Positions 10,592-19,592 of a stretch of DNA of 64,000 nt are shown here, piece after piece. The translations under genes were made by a program, and so were the position numbers. Under the pieces are notes generated by a model that was given only the letters and a program-made list of their open reading frames with translations, was not told the DNA's origin and ran no database searches. This stretch comes from an uncultured Spirochaetota bacterium (GTDB lineage: Bacteria > Spirochaetota > Brevinematia > Brevinematales > JAOACQ01), in the NCBI GenBank assembly GCA_963835575.1, contig CAWIGG010000006.1:224001-288000 (forward strand). Reading direction: 5' to 3'. The stretch's first letter is position 1. Every line of letters begins with the position of its first letter.

Positions 10592-10960
10592 TCATTCTAA
10601 CTGATTCAATAATTTATGGTAAACAAAATTGGCTATTTCTTTATCAATATTACCGGAAGCTTCTATGAATTCCTGCGCCGGTTTTTCCCTGTCGAGAATT
10701 CCATCCGGCTCTAAAAGCATAATGCCTTTCCACCTGCCCAATCCTTTGCCGTTATTAATGTTTTCATGAATCAGGTCATGTCCCGGCTTCCATGTCGCGG
10801 CCCTGGAACGGCTCCCGTAGCAAAGCTGAAAACTGATAATTTCTTTATTTTTATTATACCAGACATAAAGGTCGAGCGAATCATTATCATCGACAAAAAT
10901 CCTTCTGAACACGCCCTTTTCCGGCTGATTGACGATTTCTTCCTTCAGTTCGTAAAGCAT
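10592..10960 (-). CDS. Hypothetical protein
   Basis: 122-aa ORF with AAGGAA upstream; DLYVWY...FQLCY motif; no function assigned. Confidence 0.65.
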   Translation of the reverse strand: MLYELKEEIVNQPEKGVFRRIFVDDNDSLDLYVWYNKNKEIISFQLCYGSRSRAATWKPGHDLIHENINNGKGLGRWKGIMLLEPDGILDREKPAQEFIEASGNIDKEIANFVYHKLLNQLE

Positions 10961-11161
10961 AATACTAAAATTCCTTTATGAGATATTGTATAAAGCCATT
11001 CCCTATTTTGCAATGTATTATGGTTTTATATTAATTTTTGGAATGAGGGCCATGATTTGTCCTATAATAATTTTATAATAAAGAAAAAAATACTATTGAA
11101 TAAAAGATTAATTTCCGATAAAATCAAAAGACGGAAATAAAAGAATTCCAGGAGTATAATT

Positions 11162-11602
11162 ATGAAAAAAATGCTTTTTTTGTTTATTCTTTTGATATCG
11201 GCCGGTCCGGCCGCTTTTACCGAGGACAGCAGGATCGAGGCCGTCGGTTTTCTGGGCGGCCAGAACATTTATTTTCTTTACACTTCGATAGGCCTCCTGG
11301 CGGACAGCTTTTACGGCGGGGTTTATGACAGCCGGTTTTCTAAAAACCTGGCCAGGGACATGGCGGTTTCCGCCCGGAAATCAAAAGAAACTTTCCAGAA
11401 ATTGATAGATGAAAAAACGCTCCAGGAAAAGGATGCCGAGTTCGGGGCGAATTTAATTGAAGCCTATGATGAGATTATAAATGAGGCGAACGCCTTTATA
11501 AGCACCGTTGATGTGAAGAATGATGAAAGCGTTGAAGTATTCCGCCGTTATAAGACAAAGGCCTGGGAGAAAATTCAGTATATTTTAAAGCTGGATGAAT
11601 GA
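11162..11602 (+). CDS. Hypothetical exported protein
   Basis: AGGAG RBS and N-terminal signal peptide. Confidence 0.75.
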   Translation: MKKMLFLFILLISAGPAAFTEDSRIEAVGFLGGQNIYFLYTSIGLLADSFYGGVYDSRFSKNLARDMAVSARKSKETFQKLIDEKTLQEKDAEFGANLIEAYDEIINEANAFISTVDVKNDESVEVFRRYKTKAWEKIQYILKLDE

Positions 11603-13164
11603 ATGCCGGAAGTAAGTTCCTTGAAAACATCCCCGGTCAGGTCCAATATATCCCTCGCCAGGGCAGATTCACTGCCCTGTTTTTCCTCATAAAGTTCGCC
11701 GGCCCTGCCCAGAATAAAAGTACCCAGAAGGCCCGCGTTCAGGGCCGTGTAGCCGGATGCCGCCAGTCCGGCGATAAGCCCGGCCAGAATATCCCCGCTT
11801 CCGCCTTTTGCTAGGCTCGCGCTTCCCCTGTCGCTCATATAGATATTTCCGTCCGGCGCGGCTATCACGGAAACGGCGTCTTTAAGGACAACAATAGCAT
11901 TATATCCGGAGGCGAACTGACGCGCGCATTCGATTTTATTGTTCTTGACCCATGCTATGTCTTTTTGAACAAGACGCGCCATCTCGCCGATATGCGGCGT
12001 CAGGATTTTTTCTTTTTCAAAAGCCTTTAACTTTTCAAGCACTTCCGGGTTTTCCGCGAGATTATTCAAGCCGTCCGCGTCGATCACAAGCTTATCGATT
12101 GTTTTATTTTCCAATATGGACCTTATGACCGCGAGCTGGTTTTCCCCGGCGCCGAAGCCGTTTCCGATCAACACAGTATGGATTTTTTTCCGGCAGATAA
12201 AATCGGTAAGGTTCTGTATTGAAGACGGGGTTTCCTTTTCCCGCAGGACGAAGGCCATAGCTTCCGGCAGATTTTTCTGCACAGGCTTGATGACCGTTTC
12301 CGGCGCGGCGATGGAAAGTAGGCCGGCGCCTGTCCGGAGCGCCGCTGTGCCGGCCAGTATGACGGCGCCTGACATCCGGGCGGAGCCGTCGTCAGAGCCT
12401 CCGATCAGGAGCAGATGGCCGTAAGTTCCTTTATTTGTGTTCCTTTTCCGCGGCGTATAGATTTTTTCCAGGTCTTTTTCAGTGATCAGGTTGTTTTTCA
12501 TGGCAGGGTCTTCCAGCAGCTCAAGCGGTATGTTGATATTATGAACAATGGTTTTTCCGGAAAGCTCCCTGCCGGGGAAATCGATCATACCGAGCTTCGG
12601 CAGGCCGAATGTGACAGTCAGGCCGGCTTTTACCGAATGAGCGGCCGCGGCCCCGTCCGCCGAAAGGCCGGATGGTATGTCCAGCGAGACGACCGGCTTG
12701 CCGGACTGATTGATGGAATCAAATATCAGTGCCGTCTTTTCATCAACTTCGCCATGAAAACCGGTACCGAAGACCGCGTCTATCAGAATATCCGCGTCCC
12801 GGATCAGAATATTTATTTCCTGAGGATTAAGAGGGGCCTTCAAAACAGGCAAACCTATTTTTTCCAGAATGGAAATATTGACTTTCGCTTCGCCTTTGAA
12901 TTTATCCTGGGAATCCGTGAAGATCACCTGGACTGTTACGCCTTCGGAATAAAGCTTGCGCGCCAGGACCGCTCCGTCGCCGCCGTTATTTCCCGGGCCG
13001 CAGAAGATCAGGTATTTTTTCTTTTTAAAGCAGGAAATATTTTCTTCCAGCGCGAGGTACGCGGCCCCTCCGGCGTTTTCCATTAAAACAATTACGGGAA
13101 TACCGTATTGTTCAAAGCAGGCTTTATCAATCCTGTAAATATCTTCTTTTAATGCCAGTTTCAT
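11575..13164 (-). CDS. nnr: Bifunctional NAD(P)H-hydrate epimerase/dehydratase
   Basis: LMENAG, GPGNNGGDG, DAVFGTG, DIPSG, KGTYG, VIDADGLN, TPHIGEM, GGSGDILAG. Confidence 0.93.
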   Translation of the reverse strand: MKLALKEDIYRIDKACFEQYGIPVIVLMENAGGAAYLALEENISCFKKKKYLIFCGPGNNGGDGAVLARKLYSEGVTVQVIFTDSQDKFKGEAKVNISILEKIGLPVLKAPLNPQEINILIRDADILIDAVFGTGFHGEVDEKTALIFDSINQSGKPVVSLDIPSGLSADGAAAAHSVKAGLTVTFGLPKLGMIDFPGRELSGKTIVHNINIPLELLEDPAMKNNLITEKDLEKIYTPRKRNTNKGTYGHLLLIGGSDDGSARMSGAVILAGTAALRTGAGLLSIAAPETVIKPVQKNLPEAMAFVLREKETPSSIQNLTDFICRKKIHTVLIGNGFGAGENQLAVIRSILENKTIDKLVIDADGLNNLAENPEVLEKLKAFEKEKILTPHIGEMARLVQKDIAWVKNNKIECARQFASGYNAIVVLKDAVSVIAAPDGNIYMSDRGSASLAKGGSGDILAGLIAGLAASGYTALNAGLLGTFILGRAGELYEEKQGSESALARDILDLTGDVFKELTSGIHSSSFKIY

Positions 13165-13175
13165 AGTTTTATCCG

Positions 13176-14564
13176 TTATATATCCTCAAAATTTTCTGAA
13201 ACCAGAATACCGATCCCGCCGGAAAGGGTGCCGAACCAGATCCTGTTCTTCTCAAAATTGATGTTCACCACATCATTGGAGGGAAGCCCTGTAAGAACAT
13301 TCATGGAAGACCATTGCCGGCTTTTAAAATGGTATGACATAACGCCTCCGCCGAGCGTGCCGATGAACATGCTGTTTTTCATTACCCTGACCGACTCAAT
13401 ATAGTCTGAGACCATTCCGTTCCCCGATGTAAAATGTTTTATAATCCTGTCTTTTGAATCCATTATGTAAACACCGCTGCCGTGCGTCCCGATCCAGAGG
13501 AGGGAATTATACAGGCAGAGGGATTTTACCGGAATATCACCGAGAAAATTCTGGTATTTCCCATCGTTATTAATAAAAACACCTTTGTCCAGAGAGGCAA
13601 TATAGAGCCGGCCTTTTTCAAATAAAATATCGGTGATCTGCAGGGCTTTTTGAAATTCCTTCCGCCACTTTCCCGAGTTTTCATCAAAAACAAAAAGGCC
13701 CTTCCCGAGCGTGGCGGCGTAAAGCCTGCCGCCCAGAATTCTGATCCTTTTTATTGTCACATAGCCGAGGTCCCCTTTTTCACGGCTCCATTTTTCCGTT
13801 TTTTTGTCAAAACAGCAGAGGCCGTTGTAAGTCCCGATCCAGACCCTGTTTTTATCGATTTCGATGCACCGGACATGCGGCGAGATCAGGCTGTTTTTCC
13901 CCGCCTTGAACAGGGTGAGCTTGTGAGAACTGCGGGTAAAACGCCCGGCTCCGCCCGTCCACATCCCGATCCAGAGGTCGTCGCCGTCAAACTCGATGGC
14001 GCTGATGCTGTCGTCCGGCAGGCCTTCGTAATGGGATATGTATTCCCACCGGATCCTCCGCTTGAGTTTTTCGGCGTCTTCAGTGAACCGGGAATTTGTT
14101 TTTCCTGCTTCCAGTGTTCTATTGATGTAGTAAAGCGCGCTCTCACGGTTATTGAGCTGATAAAAAATTCTGGCGGTATAGAACAGACAGTCTTTTTTAT
14201 AAGGACTTTTTTTTAAAACACCCGCGCCTTTCATAAAGGTTTTCAGGGCGAGCATTTTTTTCCTGCCGTTATAGAAGGACAGGCCGGCTTTGTAATAACC
14301 CTCGCACATATCGAGCCTCGAGAAGCTTTCCGGCGAAACCCTCTGCCATTTGTCCGGCTCATTCATGTGGTCCAGTATCACCTGTTCTTCAATCCATCCG
14401 GGAAGCTCATCCCGGCTGATTTTATAGCCTTTCAATATGTCATTGGTGGAAAAGCCGGGACTATTATTATAGAAGAACAATGTTAGACACATGATGATAA
14501 ATACAGACAGATTGATCTTTTTTAAAAAAGTATTCCCAACAGATTCCGGATTAAATATATTCAT
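13176..14564 (-). CDS. TPR plus beta-propeller (two-component regulator propeller-like) protein
   Basis: N-terminal TM, TPR-like helices, repeated GLP.D.I/V...WIGT..GG units. Confidence 0.75.
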   Translation of the reverse strand: MNIFNPESVGNTFLKKINLSVFIIMCLTLFFYNNSPGFSTNDILKGYKISRDELPGWIEEQVILDHMNEPDKWQRVSPESFSRLDMCEGYYKAGLSFYNGRKKMLALKTFMKGAGVLKKSPYKKDCLFYTARIFYQLNNRESALYYINRTLEAGKTNSRFTEDAEKLKRRIRWEYISHYEGLPDDSISAIEFDGDDLWIGMWTGGAGRFTRSSHKLTLFKAGKNSLISPHVRCIEIDKNRVWIGTYNGLCCFDKKTEKWSREKGDLGYVTIKRIRILGGRLYAATLGKGLFVFDENSGKWRKEFQKALQITDILFEKGRLYIASLDKGVFINNDGKYQNFLGDIPVKSLCLYNSLLWIGTHGSGVYIMDSKDRIIKHFTSGNGMVSDYIESVRVMKNSMFIGTLGGGVMSYHFKSRQWSSMNVLTGLPSNDVVNINFEKNRIWFGTLSGGIGILVSENFEDI

Positions 14565-14820
14565 AAGAGCGCCTTATTTTTTATTTAATCATCGGCAGAA
14601 AAGGCCCGAAAGTTTGAGGGATTGATAATTAATGAATAAATGTCTGAATATTCCATAACCAATTATAATTAGCTATGCCGGATTGTTACAAAATTTTTTT
14701 TAATCTATTCCATTTCAATAAATTGACAGATTTTTCCCATCAGGTTACGATTTTAGCCGGAAGCCGGAAGCCGTTTTTGAAATCCCGGCATAAATTTAAT
14801 AAGAAACAGGCGGAGATATT

Positions 14821-16746
14821 ATGAGTGAAAAAAGTTTTATTAACGGAATATTGAAAAAGGCCGGAGATATTTTTCAAAGTATTATCCCCGGCAGAAGGAC
14901 GAAGAAAGAAAAATTCCGAAAGGTGTTCTTCGGCCTGAGGATCCGGTTTCTCGCGCTTCTTTTTATATTCATGACGGCCATCATTTTTGTGCTGACCGTA
15001 GTGATGTTTTTAGACCAGAGAAGGATCCTCCAGCAGGAAAAAAATGAAAAGGCGGGGATTTTCACGCAGATCCTCGGCGGCCCTGCCGAATTTTACCTTG
15101 ACCGCGATATAAAGACCACGGCGCAGGACCTTAAGGTCAAGTATGAGATTATTGTCAAGGAAGCGGCCAATTTCAAGAGATATAATAATGATATCGAGCA
15201 GATCCTCCTTTCGGACAGAAATAAAAAGATTGTCTTCAGCGCGTCGTCCGCCGATGTCAGGACATACAGCGAGCTTCCGTTTATAAAAGACGCGCTTTCG
15301 CAGAAAAAGGAAAGCCTGACCTATTATGACTTTAAAATAAAAAAGAAAAATAAAAAAGAGGAGCGGTTCCGCGCCTTAACTTATCCCATCTTTCTTCATA
15401 ATGGAGAGCTTGTGGACGTCCTGGCGGATTATAAAAAATATTATCTCCCTTATGAGGCATCTGACAAAAGAAGGAAAAATGAGATTTACAGGATACTCTG
15501 GACGAAATATAAAGATAAACTCGGGAAAGATTTTGAGGCCGTAAAAAACACCGGCGGTAAAAAAGCCGCTAAGGAAACAACAGGCCAGGTGGTAAAAGCC
15601 GGCGATATAGATTTTCTCTTTTTAAAAGTCTTTTCAGAAGTCATGAAAGACCGGAAAGAGAGGATCCAGAAAGCGGACGAGGTACTGCTCGCCGGGAAAT
15701 GGCTCGAGTCCTTTAAAAAGGACAAGATCGACGCCTATAAAAACGACAAGGCGACAGAGGCCGGCGATATCCAGAAAAAGATCATGGAAGCGATGAGCAT
15801 GCTTTCGCAGGATCTGGATGACGCCAGGCTCCTGGGGGCCCTGTCCATCATTTTTAATGTGAACAGAATGGGCGAGGATATTGACAAGAATGTCACGACG
15901 GCCATGATCATCGCCGGTATTATTCTGGCGTTCAGCATTGTTGTTTCATTTTATGTTGTTAATTTCATGGTCAGGAACTTAAAGAAGCTTGAAAAATGGG
16001 CGCTGGAGGTCAGCGCGGGAAATATTGATAATAAAGTTGTCATAGAGCAGAGGGATGAGATCGGCAGGCTATCGGATATTTTTAATAACATGCTGGATGA
16101 GATAAAGATGAAATTCCACCTGGAGAAATATGTCTCCCAGTCCACGCGCTCCATGATAGAACAGCAGAAAGGCCGCGAAGAATTCCCGGTCCTCGGTAAA
16201 ACGGACAAGAAAAATCTCGCCTTCATATTTTCCGATGTGAGGGGATTCACTTCCTTCTCTGAAAAGAACCAGCCTGAAACGGTGATAGAGGTCCTGAACC
16301 TTTATTTTGAAATACAGGCAAGGATCATCAATAATAAAAAAGGCGATATCGACGATTATGTCGGCGACCAGATCATGGCGCATTTCAGCGGCGATAAAAA
16401 GGCCGACCTGGTGCTTTCGACGGCCGTTGAAATTATGAAGGAAGTTCAAAAATTCAATGAAGACCGCCAGAAGAAGAACCTTCCGTATTTCGAGATCGGC
16501 ATCGGGGTGCATGGAGGCGATGTTGTTGTCGGGAATATCGGCTCCGGGTTCAGGATGGACTTCAGCTGTATCGGCGACGCGGTGAACCTGGCCTCGCGGC
16601 TTTGTTCCGCCGCCGCGCCTGGCGAGATCCTTGTTTCAAAGGCCCTGTTTTCCCAGGCTCGCCAGTTTTACAGGACGCAGAAAGTGGAACCGATCGAGGT
16701 CAAAGGCAAAGAGAAAAAGATTGATATCGTCAGAGTATTGTTTTAA
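14821..16746 (+). CDS. Membrane-bound HAMP-domain class III nucleotide cyclase
   Basis: Two TM segments, HAMP (RDEIGRLSDIFNNM), FSDVRGFT, VGDQIM, GIGVHGG, IGDAVNLASRL. Confidence 0.92.
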   Translation: MSEKSFINGILKKAGDIFQSIIPGRRTKKEKFRKVFFGLRIRFLALLFIFMTAIIFVLTVVMFLDQRRILQQEKNEKAGIFTQILGGPAEFYLDRDIKTTAQDLKVKYEIIVKEAANFKRYNNDIEQILLSDRNKKIVFSASSADVRTYSELPFIKDALSQKKESLTYYDFKIKKKNKKEERFRALTYPIFLHNGELVDVLADYKKYYLPYEASDKRRKNEIYRILWTKYKDKLGKDFEAVKNTGGKKAAKETTGQVVKAGDIDFLFLKVFSEVMKDRKERIQKADEVLLAGKWLESFKKDKIDAYKNDKATEAGDIQKKIMEAMSMLSQDLDDARLLGALSIIFNVNRMGEDIDKNVTTAMIIAGIILAFSIVVSFYVVNFMVRNLKKLEKWALEVSAGNIDNKVVIEQRDEIGRLSDIFNNMLDEIKMKFHLEKYVSQSTRSMIEQQKGREEFPVLGKTDKKNLAFIFSDVRGFTSFSEKNQPETVIEVLNLYFEIQARIINNKKGDIDDYVGDQIMAHFSGDKKADLVLSTAVEIMKEVQKFNEDRQKKNLPYFEIGIGVHGGDVVVGNIGSGFRMDFSCIGDAVNLASRLCSAAAPGEILVSKALFSQARQFYRTQKVEPIEVKGKEKKIDIVRVLF

Positions 16747-16977
16747 TTTAAAGAGGACTTTTCTCTCAACAACAAGACACAAAGAACACGAAGAACCACC
16801 AACGGGGTAATCCGCGAATGCACACGAATGGACGCGAATGAGGGGAAATTAACAGGAAGATTGTTTTAGTTAAGTCAAGAAAAAAACAATCAAAATATTT
16901 AAAAAACCTCAGTAGTTCGATATAATAAAGGCGGAAGAAAATGGAGGTGTTGCTCGCGGAATATTTCCGCAGGGTTT

Positions 16978-18252
16978 CTAACCCACTTTTGCCACCCCGT
17001 TTTCTTCCATTTTCCTTATATTTTCAGACTCATAGTCCTTTAATATCCGAAATATCTTACGGACTAATGCTCTGGCAACCCTTTTATTCGCTTCGAGCCT
17101 GCTCATTCCATTTTTTATCAAATTCCTGTGCATGCCGGAAATATGGTGGTCCGGATTCCAGTGAACAAAGTTCTTGGCCGCGTTCATAAAGGCGTTTTTC
17201 AAACGGCGGTTATAATCGTGAGTATGTTTCATCTTCTTTCTTTCACCCCTATTTTTCTTTCCGGTTTCATCTTCCACCATACCGAATCCCGCATATAACG
17301 CCAGGCTGTCCTCTTTAACAAAACGATTGATATGAATAATCTCGGCTATCATCGTAGAGGCAGTGATCACGCCGATTCCTTTCAACCCATTGCCATTGGA
17401 TTCGTCATAGGCTAAAACCCGGACAGCTTCCCTGGATTCAGCCAGATTATCCAAAATCTTCTTCATTTCTTCCTTATGGCCTTTCAAAAGAATAATATTT
17501 TCAGCAGATTGCCGGATCATCATGGAAATGGGGCCCGCTACACCCAAGATTCTTTGGGCTATTACCTGTAAGCCGGCGATGGTCTTATCCCGGCCTCTAT
17601 AAGAGCCTCCACCCATCAGCTCTTTCATTTTCTCCGCACTTAATCTCCTCCATTGGCTTAAATCGGGACAATTACACAGCAAATTCAGTACTCCTGCGCT
17701 ATTCAAAACATTATGTCTGTTATCCGTCTCCATATTCTTGCCGCTTAAGAACAGGTAAACATCCGGGGAAGCCTCGCATAAAAGCTTCCACAGCCCGGAT
17801 ATTTCCTCTGTGATCCTGCCGCTTACACTTTCATATTTCCGGGTTATCGTCTGTAATTCGCTGTCAACAGGATAGACCCTTCTCCATTTTTCCAGAGAAC
17901 CGTTCATTTCACGCTCTAAAGCCAAAAGAGCGGCGGCATGAGCATCCTTTTCGTTGTTCTTTCCCGCCGGGAGCTGGCTTTTCCTCTTTTGTTCAACATC
18001 CCTTGCTTTAAACGAGTAATAGGTCATCGATTCCTTACGAAGCACTTTCTCTAAGGGCTTACTCTGCCCGTTGCTTCCCTCGATGGCGATAATCGGGTCA
18101 TTTTTCGACCGAGTCCATTCGATCAGATTATCAAGGCCGCTTGTGGTAACCGGAAAGGCTTTCCGTTCCGTTTTCCAGTCTTCCGCTTTGACATACATAC
18201 ACACATACTGTTGTGAATCGGGATCAATCCCGATAGCATCCCGGATTAGCAT
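16978..18252 (-). CDS. IS110-family recombinase (DEDD RuvC-like plus Tnp domain)
   Basis: GIDPD, IAIEG, KNNEKDA, KGIGVITASTMIAEI, RF...LALYAG...ETG, YNRRLKNAF, ARALVR. GGAGG RBS. Confidence 0.9.
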   Translation of the reverse strand: MLIRDAIGIDPDSQQYVCMYVKAEDWKTERKAFPVTTSGLDNLIEWTRSKNDPIIAIEGSNGQSKPLEKVLRKESMTYYSFKARDVEQKRKSQLPAGKNNEKDAHAAALLALEREMNGSLEKWRRVYPVDSELQTITRKYESVSGRITEEISGLWKLLCEASPDVYLFLSGKNMETDNRHNVLNSAGVLNLLCNCPDLSQWRRLSAEKMKELMGGGSYRGRDKTIAGLQVIAQRILGVAGPISMMIRQSAENIILLKGHKEEMKKILDNLAESREAVRVLAYDESNGNGLKGIGVITASTMIAEIIHINRFVKEDSLALYAGFGMVEDETGKKNRGERKKMKHTHDYNRRLKNAFMNAAKNFVHWNPDHHISGMHRNLIKNGMSRLEANKRVARALVRKIFRILKDYESENIRKMEENGVAKVG

Positions 18253-18277
18253 TTTTTCCTCCAGCAGATTAAAATAT

Positions 18278-18455
18278 CAGACCGTTCCATTTCGGCACCC
18301 TTGTAATGAGCGACAGGATTATTCAAGGGAATATCCTGGCAATTGTTTTAAGAGACCAAAACGGTCCTTGTGGAGTTGGCAATCTTCCTGTGTGCCTTGG
18401 TTTCAAACCAGAAGGCAGGCGGGTAGTGAGCAACAACTTCCACAAGGAGGTATTC
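18278..18455 (-). ncRNA. Putative IS110 bridge RNA (target-binding and donor-binding loops)
   Basis: Two stem/internal-loop domains whose loop segments match the flanking target (CCCGCCT; ACAGGAAG) and the donor junction (TAAAACAAT; TTACAAG). Transcript ends are approximate. Confidence 0.82.
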
Positions 18456-18671
18456 TACTGAAGAATTATTTTTTGTAAACTTTTTCTCCAAAATATAGCT
18501 TACAAGGCGGGAAGACACGAAGAACGGGGGTAAAGGGGTGGCTACGCCGGTAATACAGAGGATGTTGTTTGATAATCCTTTTTTGTTTTTATTAAAGCTG
18601 ATTTATAACCCCAATTGAACGCGGATGACGCGGATTAGGGCGGATAGTCGGCAGAGCCTGCCCTGAGCTTG

Positions 18672-18757
18672 CAGACTGTGTGAAAAGTCATCAAATTGTC
18701 ATCCCTCGACTCCGCTCGGGATGACAACACTTAAAACACGATTTTTCACTCAGTCTG
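18672..18757. mobile_element. 86-bp MITE-like element inside a REP-like palindrome
   Basis: TIRs CAGACTGTGTGAAAA / TTTTCACTCAGTCTG, TTG on both sides, interrupting CCCTGAGCTTG|TCGAAGGG. Confidence 0.65.
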
Positions 18758-18967
18758 TTGTCGAAGGGCTCATCACAGGTTTATAGGATTTGGTTTTACT
18801 TAAATCTGCCTGTGTTGTTTTACTCTCTGCTTAATATGATATAGGACACTTGTGGGAGGGCGGGCTGCGCCCGGCGGACAGAAGAGTAAGCAGTAGTTTA
18901 TTTCTATGTTTTATTGGGGTTTAAATTCAAATATTTCGATTATAGTGTATGAAGGAGGAATATTGAA

Positions 18968-19468
18968 ATGTCATTCATTTTTAATGTAAATGAAATTGTT
19001 CTTAAGGAGAGAAAATCTCCTGTTCCGGAATTTACCTGGCATACAAGTGAAAAATTAGCCGAAATAACAAAATCTAAATACCTGGATTTCTACATTCGTT
19101 CTCTGGATCCGGATAAATTTTCTTATCCATATCATTTTCATCGAGATTCGGAAGAAATATTTGTCATATTAGCCGGTGAAGTCACCCTGAGAACTCCAAG
19201 AGGATTTCATACATTAAAGAGTGGGGACATTATCTTCTTTGAAACAGGACAGGACGGAGCTCATCAACTTTATAATCATACAGATAAATCTTGCCGGTAT
19301 TTGGATATTCGTACGGCTACTGGAATAGATGTTTGCGAATATCCGGATTCAGGGAAAATAAATATAATACCATATCAGGAAATTTATAAATCTAAAAATA
19401 AAGCTGATTATTATCAAGATGAAAATGATATCAGGAATAAATGGCCGAAAGAAATTCTCAAAGGTTGA
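18968..19468 (+). CDS. Cupin domain protein
   Basis: PYHFH..SEEIFVILAG, GDIIFF...AHQLYN, VCEYPDSGK. Confidence 0.88.
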   Translation: MSFIFNVNEIVLKERKSPVPEFTWHTSEKLAEITKSKYLDFYIRSLDPDKFSYPYHFHRDSEEIFVILAGEVTLRTPRGFHTLKSGDIIFFETGQDGAHQLYNHTDKSCRYLDIRTATGIDVCEYPDSGKINIIPYQEIYKSKNKADYYQDENDIRNKWPKEILKG

Positions 19469-19592
19469 TCTTGATAAAGACTTCCCGTCTTCCTGTTAAC
19501 CCTTCACGCTTTTCCCAATTCGCGTCTATTCGCGTGTCTTAGCGGATTACCCCGTTGGTGGTCCTTAGTGCTCTTGGTGTTTTGGTGGTAAA

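Larger units (their letters stand above)
16860..18506 (-). mobile_element. IS110-family (bridge recombinase) element
   Basis: On the minus strand the junctions read CTTCCCGC-CT-TGTAAG and TAAAACAAT-CT-TCCTGTT, i.e. a CT core at both ends. Removing the element restores a repeat motif also found at 19481 and 44950. Confidence 0.9.
16768..19590. repeat. Large inverted-repeat-bounded element carrying a cupin gene, with IS110 inserted in the left arm
   Basis: Left arm 16768-16859 (…ACCACCAACGGGGTAATCCGCGAATGCACACGAATGGACGCGAAT…TTAACAGGAAG) is the imperfect reverse complement of 19481-19590. Confidence 0.8.

Noticed and set aside
18071..18478. 135-aa plus-strand ORF over the IS110 left end
   Set aside because: Antisense to the recombinase and the bridge RNA; no protein features.
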